A stretch of 64,000 bases of DNA from Raja brachyura (taxonomy: Eukaryota), in the NCBI GenBank assembly GCA_963514005.1, contig OY740791.1:45756001-45820000 (forward strand). The letters are read 5' to 3'. A model generated the notes under the pieces. It was not told where the DNA came from and searched no databases. It saw only the letters and a program-made list of their open reading frames with translations. Made by a program: the position numbers and the translations under genes. Shown one piece after another: positions 1 through 10,580 of this stretch. The first letter of the stretch is position 1. Every line of letters begins with the position of its first letter.

Positions 1-1113
1 GAGGCATTGTGGACCTAAACCAGTTAAATTCCTATGTTCACTATAGGCATTTTTAAAATGGACACCTTCAAAACTGTGAAACGGCTGTTATCACAAGGCT
101 GTTATATGGCAACTATAGATCTGAAAGATGCATATTATTCAGTGCCAATTCATCATCAGTACCGGTGATGCTTGAAATTTAGTTGGATGGGACAGCTGTG
201 GCAATTTAAAGCATCACCCAATGAATTAAACTTAGTTCCTAGGCTATTCAAGAAATGGTGGAAACCAGTGCTGGCGCTACTTTGGGCCCAGAATCACATG
301 GTAATGGTTTATCTAGATAATATTTAATCATAAGCAACACGCAGCAGACAGCTGAGGAATCGGTTTCAGCAACCAGATACCTGTTTGAAAGGGTAGGGTT
401 CCTTCCAACCAAATCCAAGTTAGAGCCATCCTAAAAAAATGTTCATTTGGGATTTGTCATGATTCAGTTGATATGTAAGTGACTTTGCCTACAGCCAACG
501 CTGTGGAGATCAGAGAGCTCTCTACTAGTCTCGCTGAAAAACAATATCCCTCCATCTGGGAAGTAGCTACTGTTATTGGTAAATTGGTTGCAGCTTTTCA
601 TGCAGTGCAGTTTCGAAGTCTTCAACGAGCTAGAGAACTAGCACTTAAAGAACATGCAGGTCATTTTGATAGACCTGTGCAGTTACCAACCAGAGCCATA
701 GCTCAATTACAAACTACCAAAAACATTTTGGTTCAGCAACCTTCAGTGCTTTTACAGACATATGTGAGTGCTACCGGATGGGGAGCTATGGAATGCGAGT
801 CTAGCTGTGGTGGTAGATGGAGTGTGCAAGAGGATTTGATCCTGCACTGGCATGGTATAAATTACTTAGAATTGCTGGGTGCATTCTATGGAGTAAAAGT
901 TTATTGTTTAACAATGAATTATTGACATGTTCAACTCCAGATTGGTAATACCACGGCTGTGCCATATATCAATCCCATGGCAGTAATAAGGTCTGCATCA
1001 AGTGATAATCTGGATAATCGCATGTGGCACTGGTGTATTTCCAGAAACATCTGGGTTTCAGCTATCTACCTACCAGGTAGACACAATGTGGTGGCAGACA
1101 ACAGGTCACGAAT

Positions 1114-1337
1114 TACACAAAAAGCTGGAGAAACTCAGCGGGTGCAGCAGCATCTAAGGAGTGAAGGAGATAGGCGACGTTTCGGGTCGAGACCCTTCTT
1201 CAGACCTGAGTCTGAAGAAGGGTCTCGACCCGAAACGTCGCCTATCTCCTTCACTCCTTAGATGCTGCTGCACCCGCTGAGTTTCTCCAGCTTTTTGTGT
1301 AACCCTCGATTCTCCAGCATCTGCAGTTCCTTCTTTA
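1114..1337 (+). mobile_element. Penelope-like short insertion with inverted 5' arm (perfect palindrome 1113-1302) inside the DIRS RNase H
   Basis: Arms 1113-1205 and 1210-1302 are exact reverse complements around a CTGA loop. Flanked by the 16-bp direct repeat ACAACAGGTCACGAAT (1098-1113, 1338-1353). Removing the insert restores DIRS ADNRSR-MFNIEWM. Confidence 0.75.
1212..1239 (+). ncRNA. Minimal hammerhead ribozyme-like core (mirror copy on - strand at 1176-1203)
   Basis: CTGAAGA-A-GGGTC-TC-GACCC-GAAA-C-GTC matches CUGANGA / helix II / GAAA / palindromic ACGU / GUC site of the minimal HHRs of Penelope-like elements. Helix I is weak. Confidence 0.55.
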
Positions 1338-2582
1338 ACAACAGGTCACGAATGTTCAACATAGAATGGATGAATAAATCCTGAAGTTTAAAAATGATTG
1401 TCTGCCGCTATGGGTTGCCAGATATTGATCTATTGCATCCAGGCTAAATCACCAATTGCCTAAATATGTTTCATGAGAACCTGGTCCAGGAGCAGTAGCG
1501 GTGGATGCATTCTCGCTACATTGGGGATGTACTTATTTTATGCTTTCCCCATTCTGCCTGATTAGGCAGTGTCTCACCAGAATAGAGCAGGACTCCGCCT
1601 CGGGCGTTTTGGTGGTTCCGGACTGGACTACAGAGCCATGGTTCCCATTGGTATTCAGAATAATGACTCAGCCATTCATGGCTGTCCTCAACTGCAGTAA
1701 TTTGTTGGTCCATCCAGTAACAGAAGAAAGTCATCCGTTACATGATCATATTAATTTGTTGATCTGCAGGTTCTGACCAGACCGTTCCAAGGCTTTGGAC
1801 TGTCGAATAGGACCATGGATGTCATAACTGCAGCTTGGAGAGATAGCACTATATGTGTCTCATATTAAGAAATGGGAGATGTTTTGTTTACAGTCAATTA
1901 TATTTGATCATACTGCAAGCATACCGGATGTATTGGAGTTCCTTGCTATGTTGCTATGAAGTTATAGTGCCATTAATAGTACTCGGAGTGTTTTGTCCTC
2001 CTATTTAGGGCAGTTTCAGAAAAACAACCTATTGGGTCTCATCCATTAGTGTCTCGATTCATGAGAGGAATTTTGTAACACAAATCCTCTTGAACGTAGT
2101 GTCCCAGAGGCTCAGTCACAAAAAATCCTATAAGAGGTGTCAGTATAAACTATTCCAAGATGGTAAAGCATGTTTTGGATTCCGCTGGAGTAGACACTCA
2201 TGTGTTTAAATCTCACTCCACCAGGGCGGCATCAACATCCGCAGCAAGGCCGCATGATGGTCTAAGGAATCAACTTTTCTAAAATTATGACAAACCTGTC
2301 CTGACAGTGCCAGGGTTTGGGCATGTGTTTTGGGTTCCGTTTGATTTGATTTGCTTTGTCTTCATAAATTTCATTTGTAATTTCCGCTGGGATAGAGGGG
2401 TTATTACTGTATTGTTATTTACATTTTTTTAATTGATTATTGGATAATTCGAAGCAATGTTCAATATATTACTTATTCACTACTGTGTCAAATGAAGCAG
2501 TGTGTCGTATGGAGTGCATCTACGGCATGAAATCACAGAGCTTTGAAATCTTCACGTAGTCACTCACGTGACTCCGAAGTAA

Positions 2583-2885
2583 AATAGTAAGATTAAACGA
2601 GAATTTACCAGTTCGAAGTTTGATCCTTATTTTATGAGGAGTTACGATGAGGGATCACGTGCCGCCGCTCCCGGCCCTCATAATCTAAAGGATCATCTGG
2701 TAGTTCGAGTCTTCTAAAGCCTTACTATGTTACTTCAGCTATCGGTTTCTGTGTTTTCACGCCGCTGCTTTGAAGTATGATGCACATGCGCCTGGCGGGG
2801 CTTCTTCACATAATCCCTCATCTTAACTCCTCCTAAAATAAGGATCAAACTTCGAACTGGTAAGTTCTCGTTTAATCTTACTATT
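2583..2885. repeat. 79-bp inverted repeat pair (2583-2661 / 2807-2885), DIRS ICR/right-ITR-like structure
   Basis: Arms are reverse complements with about 5 mismatches and lie directly after the recombinase remnant. Confidence 0.75.
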
Positions 2886-4215
2886 AAAGGCTCTGATGCT
2901 ACCTAGACAGATGTCAGTGATGAAGTGTAGGGCACACACAAAAGGACAGACCCCGACAGACATAGATAATCGTCGTGCAGACCAGGCAGCAAAGGAAGTA
3001 TCCCGGGAACGCAAGGTGGTGGTGCCAAAAATGATGACGCAGACTAAAAGTTTAGGAAACAAGTTTCCCTCGGAAAAGCCAATGCCAACCATCCAGGAAA
3101 TTGTTCAGTTCCAGGAGGAATCTTCTGAAGGGGATGTAAAATTGTGGAAACAGCCTGGATATACAATAAATTGCATGATGGGGTAGTGGACTACACCGGC
3201 AGGGAAGATTTGTATGCCAGGTCCTCTTGCAGTTTGGGTTGTGGAGTGTATGCATTTTGCAACTCACTGCAGTACAAAAGCAATTGGAAATGCTCTATTA
3301 GCTACTTGGTGGCATCCAACAATACAAACTGTGACCCAAACAGTGAGTAGCTGCTGAATTATTTGTCAGAAGTACAATCCTGGAAAAGGAGTAGGGTGTG
3401 GAGTTGGGAAGTCACCTTTGCCCATGCGTCCTTTTGAAACTCTACAGATGGATCATATTGAGCTAGAGAAATGCCAGGGATACAGATATGTACTCGTAAT
3501 TGTCAATGTATTCAGCAGATGGATTGATGCCTATCCAACGCTTGATAACAAAGCGGATATTGTTGTCATGGTGCTAATGAGAGAAATTATCCCTAGATTC
3601 GGTATCCCAATTCCGTATCCCAGTTCTGACAATAGTCCTCATTTTATTGGGCAAATTAATAAAGAATTCTGCGAGCAGCTGGGCATCCAACAACAATTAC
3701 ACTGTGCTTATTGACCACAGGCTGCTGGACTTGTAGAAAGCCCAAATCAGACCATTACAACTAATATAGCTAAATTGAAGGCAGAGACAGGAATTGGGTG
3801 GATCAAATTACTCCCCATAGCTTTATTTCAGATGCGTGTCACGCATGCAGGGAAATGTAGCCTGAGCCCAGGTGAAATTATTTATGGTAGACCTTTGAAA
3901 GCCCCTTGGAACACCAAAATGCAATGAAAGATAAGTTTCCATCATATGGCCACGGAGATGACCGATTACATTCTGACCTTGACTCGGGCACTAAGAGATT
4001 TGCATTCTTGGGTGCGAGCAGCAAATGGTGAATTGCTTCTGTTGGTCTCTTCTATCAAGGTGAAGTCTGGTGACTATGTACTAGTGAAGAATTGGGTAAG
4101 GAAAAGGTTGGAGGTTCGTTGGGAAGGACCTTAACAGGTTCTCCTAACAACTCCAACAACAGTTAAGGTAGGAGAAACGAATGGGTACATCTTCATCACT
4201 GCAAGAGTATTAGTG
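2886..4215 (+). mobile_element. Endogenous retrovirus pol remnant (RNase H end + integrase), class I (gamma/epsilon)-like
   Basis: KALMLPRQMSVMKCRAH...NRRADQAAK (RNase H), RPFETLQMDHI, SDNSPHF, HCAY*PQAAGLVE (integrase core), WEGP (GPY/F-like). Disrupted by stops and frameshifts. Confidence 0.8.
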
Positions 4216-4493
4216 GGACAATAGACTGCTAACTTGTTTTATCAATAAATCACTTAGGTAACATCATACCCATCGAGGGTCAAGAACATTTTCAACCAAC
4301 AGTATGGACGAAGAGGATTCATGCCCATGCAAACTCAGGAGATGAAGACTCATCGGTCAGAAGTCATGGATCTATGCCCATGCAAACTTCGGGAAGTTGC
4401 TTAGAGTTCTGACAGCTTACATCGTCATCATGTTAGGTTATAGAACAGGAACCGTTGAATCTCTTTTTGTATTATTGGTTATCATAATATGAT

Positions 4494-5038
4494 AAAAGAG
4501 GGGAATGATAATATTGGGCATTTAAAGTGCCTGACAAAATGGAGGATTTCACCTTTTGCAAAACCTGCTTGGCATCTTTTTTGAAAAGGCTGCAAACACC
4601 ATGAGGATCATGGCTCCAGAATGTCAGTGGCCTGGGAGGAAGTTGAGTACAGTATGATGTCCAGAGAGCTGGGTCCTGCTGCAAATGCATGAGCAGGATT
4701 GGTTGGGAAATGATGGGTTATAAAACTATTGTTAACTATGTTGTATGGTCTTTGCACTGCTATTTGTGTTTGATGAAGGAGAGGGGCCTTGCCCAAATTG
4801 TTTACATTACCTGGTAAAATATTTCTTTACTTAAGGTAGCAGTTTTCCATTAAGAGCATTCTGGAGAAACAATGATATGGGATATTCTGTGATTGGGTTA
4901 GGTAACTCTCAATTAATGTACTGTATGATCTTTATCTATGATTGGCTTGAAGGGGTTGACTCGAAGCTCTATCGTCTCTATCGAAGCTTATACGTGACTC
5001 GAAGCTCTATCGTCTGGGAAGTATATTTCATATTTACA
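4494..5038 (+). mobile_element. Polypurine tract and probable 3' LTR of the ERV
   Basis: AAAAGAGGGGAA (4494-4505) is immediately followed by TG at 4506. Candidate CA ends at 5030 or 5038; right end uncertain. Confidence 0.5.
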
Positions 5039-5970
5039 AATGTCAAAGGTACATCCAAAGACTAAAGAAACCATACAAAAGGAGACGCAATAGATTGCAG
5101 GTGGTGGAAACTTGATTAAAAATTGATGGGGGAATTTAGTCGGCTGAGCAGCATTTATGACGTGGGAGGAATTATTGACTTTTTTAACTGATGCACGGAC
5201 CCCACGAGACAATTTCTCCGTCCACAGATGTTATTGGACTCGCCGATTTCCTCCAGATATTTACGCTTTGCTGTACAACCGCATTACTGATATGGGGCAA
5301 TGTAATTGTTAGACAATGATTCATCACATGTTTCAGTGAACATAGTAAACCATGCTTAAATATTACCTTAGCCGGATTATGGTCACTATTATGCAATCAA
5401 CCAGTTACAGGAACCAGTCTTCATTTCCCCGTCACTTCTTGATATCAGCTCTGTAGTTCTCTATGAAGCGAATATCTTATATGTCTGATAGTAATCAGCA
5501 GGCAACGGTGCAGAGACTATAATGCAGCTGCTCGTTACCCGGTCTGGTTCACAACCTGGAGCGTAGACCACCGTAGCCTATCGCCAGTATATATTTTACA
5601 TAATTTCACGATTATTCGTGGGGAATTTAATTGCGTTGTAAGTAGCACATCGTGTATTAAGTGCATTAACACAAGGTGATATCCAATATCTAGATGTTTC
5701 AGTTTTGATTATTTATGAAAGATAGATAACCGTTCTAATAGGTTAGAAAACATATCTGCTTCAATTGAAGTTAAATCTCTTTACATTTCAGCACAACGCA
5801 GGTTTACAACTTGTGCATAACATGGTCCGTTGCTACATGCTACATTATAAAAGTGGGAGTTTATATTCGTAGAAGAATGTAACCCACAAAATAGTCAAAG
5901 CACCGTTTGTATTTTTCATTGAACAACCAATAATGTGAAATGTGATGTGACGATTACACAAGACAGCACC

Positions 5971-6090
5971 GCTTTAAGAAATACGTATATGCCGGAAAGA
6001 TTGAATATTATTACTTGGCATCGGCCTATCAGAGGCTGGATTGTGACTGGTGATCCGGCCCGCCCGCTTTCCTCCCCATACACCATTGCG
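5971..6090 (+). promoter_or_regulatory. cPcdh promoter module 1
   Basis: GCTTTAAGAAA (5971), degenerate CCAAT (CCTATCAG), GGTGATCCGGCCCGCCCGCTT (6049-6069); homologous to the other seven promoters. Confidence 0.7.
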
Positions 6091-6336
6091 TAGGTTTTGC
6101 CACAGTCGAATGCTGCATCTCGAGCCGTGCAGCACTGAAGTCCATTTGGCAGTCGGAAATCTGGACAATGTTGCAAAAATGTTGAGAAAAACCGATAAGG
6201 AATCCTCAGATTTCTAAACGATAGTTAGTTTGATCTGTTCTCACACATTGTCGAGGGAAACAAATGTAAGTGACTACAATCGTAAGTAACAAAGGAAACC
6301 GTCACGCCGAGACAACTGGGATGTGTTGTGCTGGAA

Positions 6337-8769
6337 ATGAAACGTTATAGACACCACTGGCTGTTAACATGGATATTACTGTGTTGGGTGTTCTCTTTCT
6401 GGGATCTAATTTCTGGACAGATTCGTTACTTAATTCCAGAAGAGCTGCAGGTGGGTGCCTTTGTTGGAAATATCGCGGTTGATTTGGGTTTAGACGTGAA
6501 AGAGCTCAAGATTCGCAGTTTCCGTATTGTGCCTGGTCCGACGAGACAATTTTTCGACGTAAATGAGGACAATGGCAATCTATTTGTGAAGGAAAGGATA
6601 GACAGGGAACAGATCTGTGGACCGAGCGCAGTCTGTATCTTGTCCTTAGAAACAATGATCGAAAACCCTTTCAGTCTGCACGAAGCTGAAGTGGAAATTC
6701 TGGATATAAATGACAATGAACCGACCTTTTCCGAAAGCTCGATGCGCCTTGACATCTCAGAAATGGCCGCACCAGGAACAAGTAATCCGCTTGAGTGCGC
6801 TCATGACCCAGACGTAGGAAGTAACTCGGTGCAATCATATCAGTTAGTTGAGAATGATTACTTCTCATTGGACGTTGAGACTCGAAATGGAAATGAAGTC
6901 ATGCCCGTGTTAGTTTTAAAAAGAGCACTGGATAGAGAAACAATATCCAGACACATGCTACTGCTGATTGCTCAGGACAGCGGAGTCCCCGCGCGTTCAG
7001 GAACAGCGGAAATATTAATAATTGTGAAAGATGTAAATGATAACTCTCCCCAGTTCTCCCAGTCCGTTTATAGGGTTAACGTGATGGAAAATATGCCCAG
7101 AGGATCACTGGTTATCAAATTAAATGCCACTGATTTAGATGATGGATCAAATGGAGAGATTATTTACTCTTTCGCTCGCCAAACCTCAGATAGATTACGT
7201 GAGCTTTTTAACGTAGATTACAAAACAGGTGAAATAACGATTAGTGGAAATTTGGACCATGAAGAAAGCGGTTTGTTTGAATTAAATATTCAGGCTGATG
7301 ACTCCGGTCCCGCCGCAATTTCATCTTTTTGTCATGTGCTCGTTCACATTATCGATATGAATGATAATGCGCCAGAGATCACTATATCTACACTGTTTTC
7401 CCCCGTTCCCGAAGATTCGGAGCCAGGCACGGTTGTGGCTTTAATCGGTGCCACAGATAAAGATTCTGGAGACAATGGAAAGTTGAATTGTCAAGTCGCA
7501 AATGACGTTCCTTTCCATCTGGATGCATCTTCTAAAAAATATTTAACACTGCACACGCAACACTATCTTGATCGTGAAAATATTTCGAGGTATGAAATCA
7601 CAATCGTCTGCGGTGATTCGGGGTCACCTGGGCTCACCTCGAAGAAAAGTATTGTGGTGGAAGTTTCTGATATAAATGATAATTCGCCGTACTTTTCTCA
7701 GCCTTTATATACAGCACAAGTGATGGAGAACAATGTTATCGGGGCATCCATCTTTTCGGTAACAGCTTTTGATCCAGATTTAGATCAGAACTCTGAATTA
7801 AACTACTCCATCGTACCGAGCCAGGTTCAGACCGAGTCAGTGTTCAATTATGTGCATATCCAATCAAAAAAAGGAATTATAATTTCGCAAAGATCTTTCG
7901 ACTACGAGAGTCTCAAACAAATTCAGATATGGGTTGTGGTGACGGATTCGGGACAGCCGCCATTATCCAGCAACGTTACTGTGGAATTTATTATCCTTGA
8001 TCAGAATGACAACGCTCCGGTAATTGTACACCCATTACCCCATTACGGATCGATAGTAACAGAGACAATGTCTCGTTCGGCCGAACCAGGCTATCTGGTT
8101 GCCAAGGTGTCGGCGAAGGATGCGGACTATGGCCAGAATGCCCGGCTTTCCTATCAACTTATCCAGGCCACTAATCGTGGACTTTTTACCATTTCACCAG
8201 ATACTGGCGAGATATGGACAATCCGTGGTATAATGCGCAAAGACAGCACAAGAGAAAGGTTGGTCGTCGGTGTAAAAGATCACGGTTCACCGCCACTTTC
8301 CGCTTCATTGACTATTATCTTAACATTGGCAGACAATGATATGGAAAAACTTACTGACGCGAACGGTTCGGCTCAAGAACTCACAACGTTTGCGGATCTC
8401 AGCATTTACTTAGTCATATGCTTAGGGGTTACCTCGTCTACATTTCTCGTCATTGTGATTTTGCTCGCCGTTAAGGTTTATAAAGGGAGGAGTCGATTTG
8501 AGTCCCACGATTGTTATCTGGGCACTTGCCATTGCTTTGAAACACGCAGTTCTTTGAATGGAATACAAAAAGCCAGCAGAAATCTTGAAATTGTTCCAAA
8601 TTACGTGGAAGTGTTTGGGGGTGATCCGCTTTCTCAAAGTTTCCGATATGACACGTGTTCGAGTTCCGGCACTGGGAAGAGACAAGCCATGTTTCCCAAA
8701 ATAGACAACGCATCTGGACGCAAGGTTAGTATCACTCGCGAGATCAAAACAAAAATGCGAATAATTTAA
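6337..8769 (+). CDS. Clustered protocadherin variable exon 1 (gamma-C/nu-like); stop 8767-8769 precedes an out-of-frame donor at 8786/8787
   Basis: Signal peptide, QIRYLIPEE, six cadherin repeats (DINDNEP, LDRE, DQNDNAP), TM, SLNGIQKASR...PNYVEVFGGDPLSQSFRY. ATG 6337 aligns with paralog starts. Confidence 0.93.
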   Translation: MKRYRHHWLLTWILLCWVFSFWDLISGQIRYLIPEELQVGAFVGNIAVDLGLDVKELKIRSFRIVPGPTRQFFDVNEDNGNLFVKERIDREQICGPSAVCILSLETMIENPFSLHEAEVEILDINDNEPTFSESSMRLDISEMAAPGTSNPLECAHDPDVGSNSVQSYQLVENDYFSLDVETRNGNEVMPVLVLKRALDRETISRHMLLLIAQDSGVPARSGTAEILIIVKDVNDNSPQFSQSVYRVNVMENMPRGSLVIKLNATDLDDGSNGEIIYSFARQTSDRLRELFNVDYKTGEITISGNLDHEESGLFELNIQADDSGPAAISSFCHVLVHIIDMNDNAPEITISTLFSPVPEDSEPGTVVALIGATDKDSGDNGKLNCQVANDVPFHLDASSKKYLTLHTQHYLDRENISRYEITIVCGDSGSPGLTSKKSIVVEVSDINDNSPYFSQPLYTAQVMENNVIGASIFSVTAFDPDLDQNSELNYSIVPSQVQTESVFNYVHIQSKKGIIISQRSFDYESLKQIQIWVVVTDSGQPPLSSNVTVEFIILDQNDNAPVIVHPLPHYGSIVTETMSRSAEPGYLVAKVSAKDADYGQNARLSYQLIQATNRGLFTISPDTGEIWTIRGIMRKDSTRERLVVGVKDHGSPPLSASLTIILTLADNDMEKLTDANGSAQELTTFADLSIYLVICLGVTSSTFLVIVILLAVKVYKGRSRFESHDCYLGTCHCFETRSSLNGIQKASRNLEIVPNYVEVFGGDPLSQSFRYDTCSSSGTGKRQAMFPKIDNASGRKVSITREIKTKMRII

Positions 8770-10306
8770 TCTGCCAGCACAATGAGGTAAGTAGCTCTGA
8801 ACAAAACACTTCAACTTTAATTCAGAGTCGCAGACAGCTCCTTAAGTTTGCAGTAGATATTGCATGCTAATCTATTTAAGGACTAGCATGAGTGAATATT
8901 GAACACCTGAACTTTTTAACTCCATACTCTTTGGTCCTGATTTTATCATTTTTTTCGAGATAGTATTCGAAAAGGTGCAGTCCCAGGACTTGTAAGAAAA
9001 CCTTGGTGAGAGGATTGAATCAGTCAAATAACCAGTAATGACGCTAAAGTAAAGTTGAACAGACTGCATTCCTCTTTGAACTATTTTTCCCTCTTGAAAG
9101 GTAGGACATGCTTAGCCTGGGTTGCCGAGCATGCTTCCCTGCTCTGCATTCCTGAACTACTTCAATCTCTTTTCTATAATATTTTGGCTATGTTCTCAGC
9201 CTGTAAATGGTCATACTCCCTCATAGATCATTTAGTCTTGTTTACAACTTACCCCCGTGGTCATTCGTTTTTACCCTATCAGATATATCCCTCCTACACC
9301 TCATGCTTCTCTCCCATCTTTTCCAGTTCTGACAAGGGATCTTCGACCAGAAACTTTCGCTCTGTGTTATTCTCACACAGACGGCCTCACCTAATGGGTG
9401 CATCAAGCATTTTGTGTTATCATTTTATCTTCCAGTGTCTATGAGGTTTTTCATGTGTATTAGAAAGGGCTGATAAGACATGTTATTCTGAGGGGAATGT
9501 CCAATGTGAACACATTTAATGAGGTGAATTTGGCGGAATAAAAGTAGTATCAACGATGAACTGAGTGGGGAAAACGGATCAATGTAGTGAAGTGAACAGA
9601 CTTCCACGACAAAGGTTGTTGGTAGGTTATAATGATAAAACAAACCAGAAAGTCTTAAGATCAGTATTGAGAGAAGGAGCACCAGTCAAATAATTGGAGT
9701 AGGGGGACAAATATAATGGTAACTATGAGAATTCAATACATATACTTAAATTGAGTGTCATATCTGCACAAATCAATGCGATCTCATACGTTGACCATCA
9801 TTACGCTGCATTACTCTAATTAAAATATGTTGACATTTTAGGAGACATATGCGTAAAAGTACACTGCCAATTAATTTCGCAACATTGAAGAGCATTGATT
9901 AATAACAGATACTTCAACCCACCTCGTCTGCGCCGACCATGAAGCCAGTCCAAAATAATGCCATCTGCCTGCACACGATGTGCTTCCCTCTATATTCTAC
10001 CCGATTCAGTATTTCCCCAAATTCCTCTTAAAAGGTGCTATCCTATTTGCGTCCACCACCTACCATTCTTTGTACCAGAAATCAGCCTCACAAATCTCCT
10101 CCAAACTTTCTTTACTCACCTAAAACGTATGGCACCTGGTATTGGGCATTTTCTCCCAGGAATGAAATAATTTGAATATCAACACTGTCTGCCGCTCATC
10201 ATCGTAAAATAATATCATTTCATCCTTTGTCTCCCCCCATCCTTATCGGGAAAACAATTCAAGCAGGCTCAACATTTCTTTATTTCAAACACATTGCTAT
10301 CCAAAG

Positions 10307-10580
10307 ATAGATACGAAGTGTTGGATTAACTCAGCGAGTCAGGCAGAATCTCAGGAGAAAAATGATGTGTGATGTTTCTACCTGACTGGGGTGGGGTGGG
10401 GGGGGGGGGGGGGGGGCTGCAGGTAAGAAGATGCCGCATAAAGCAGAGCCGGTCCTAGAGGGGAAACAGTGAGTGAAGGTCTCAAAGAACTCCCGTCGAA
10501 GAGAGGAGGAGAACCTCTTCTAAGTAGGTGCACCTTGAGGAGATTTCGCAGTGGAGCAGGCAAGTGTGTAGAAAGGACTA
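10307..10580 (-). mobile_element. Degenerate Penelope-like repeat fragment with an internal poly-G run
   Basis: Resembles the ...GCTGGAGTAACTCAGCGGGTCAGGCAGCATC... repeat seen elsewhere in the window; right boundary uncertain. Confidence 0.4.

Larger units (their letters stand above)
1..2885 (+). mobile_element. Degenerate DIRS-type (tyrosine recombinase) retrotransposon, 5' end outside the window
   Basis: Interrupted frames give RT (IDLKDAYYSVPI, VYLDN), RNase H (HGINYLEL, IWVSAIYLPGRHNVVADNRSR), methyltransferase-like (DAFSLHW, GVLVVPDWTTEPW) and tyrosine recombinase (FKSHSTRAASTSAA near 2205-2246) motifs in DIRS order. Multiple stops and frameshifts; 79-bp inverted repeat at the 3' end. 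Confidence 0.85.

Noticed and set aside
959-1261. 100-aa ORF sharing a peptide with the tail of the 874-aa ORF
   Set aside because: Chimera of DIRS RNase H and the inserted repeat; the shared peptide only reflects two copies of the same repeat.
6328-6336. GTG start given by the ORF track for exon 1
   Set aside because: Eukaryotic gene; the ATG at 6337 aligns with all paralog starts.
10388-10417. Long poly-G/poly-C runs (also near 12351, 18573, 19133, 27389) as regulatory G-quadruplexes
   Set aside because: Mostly inside or next to repeats, consistent with slippage expansion; homopolymer lengths are unreliable in assemblies.
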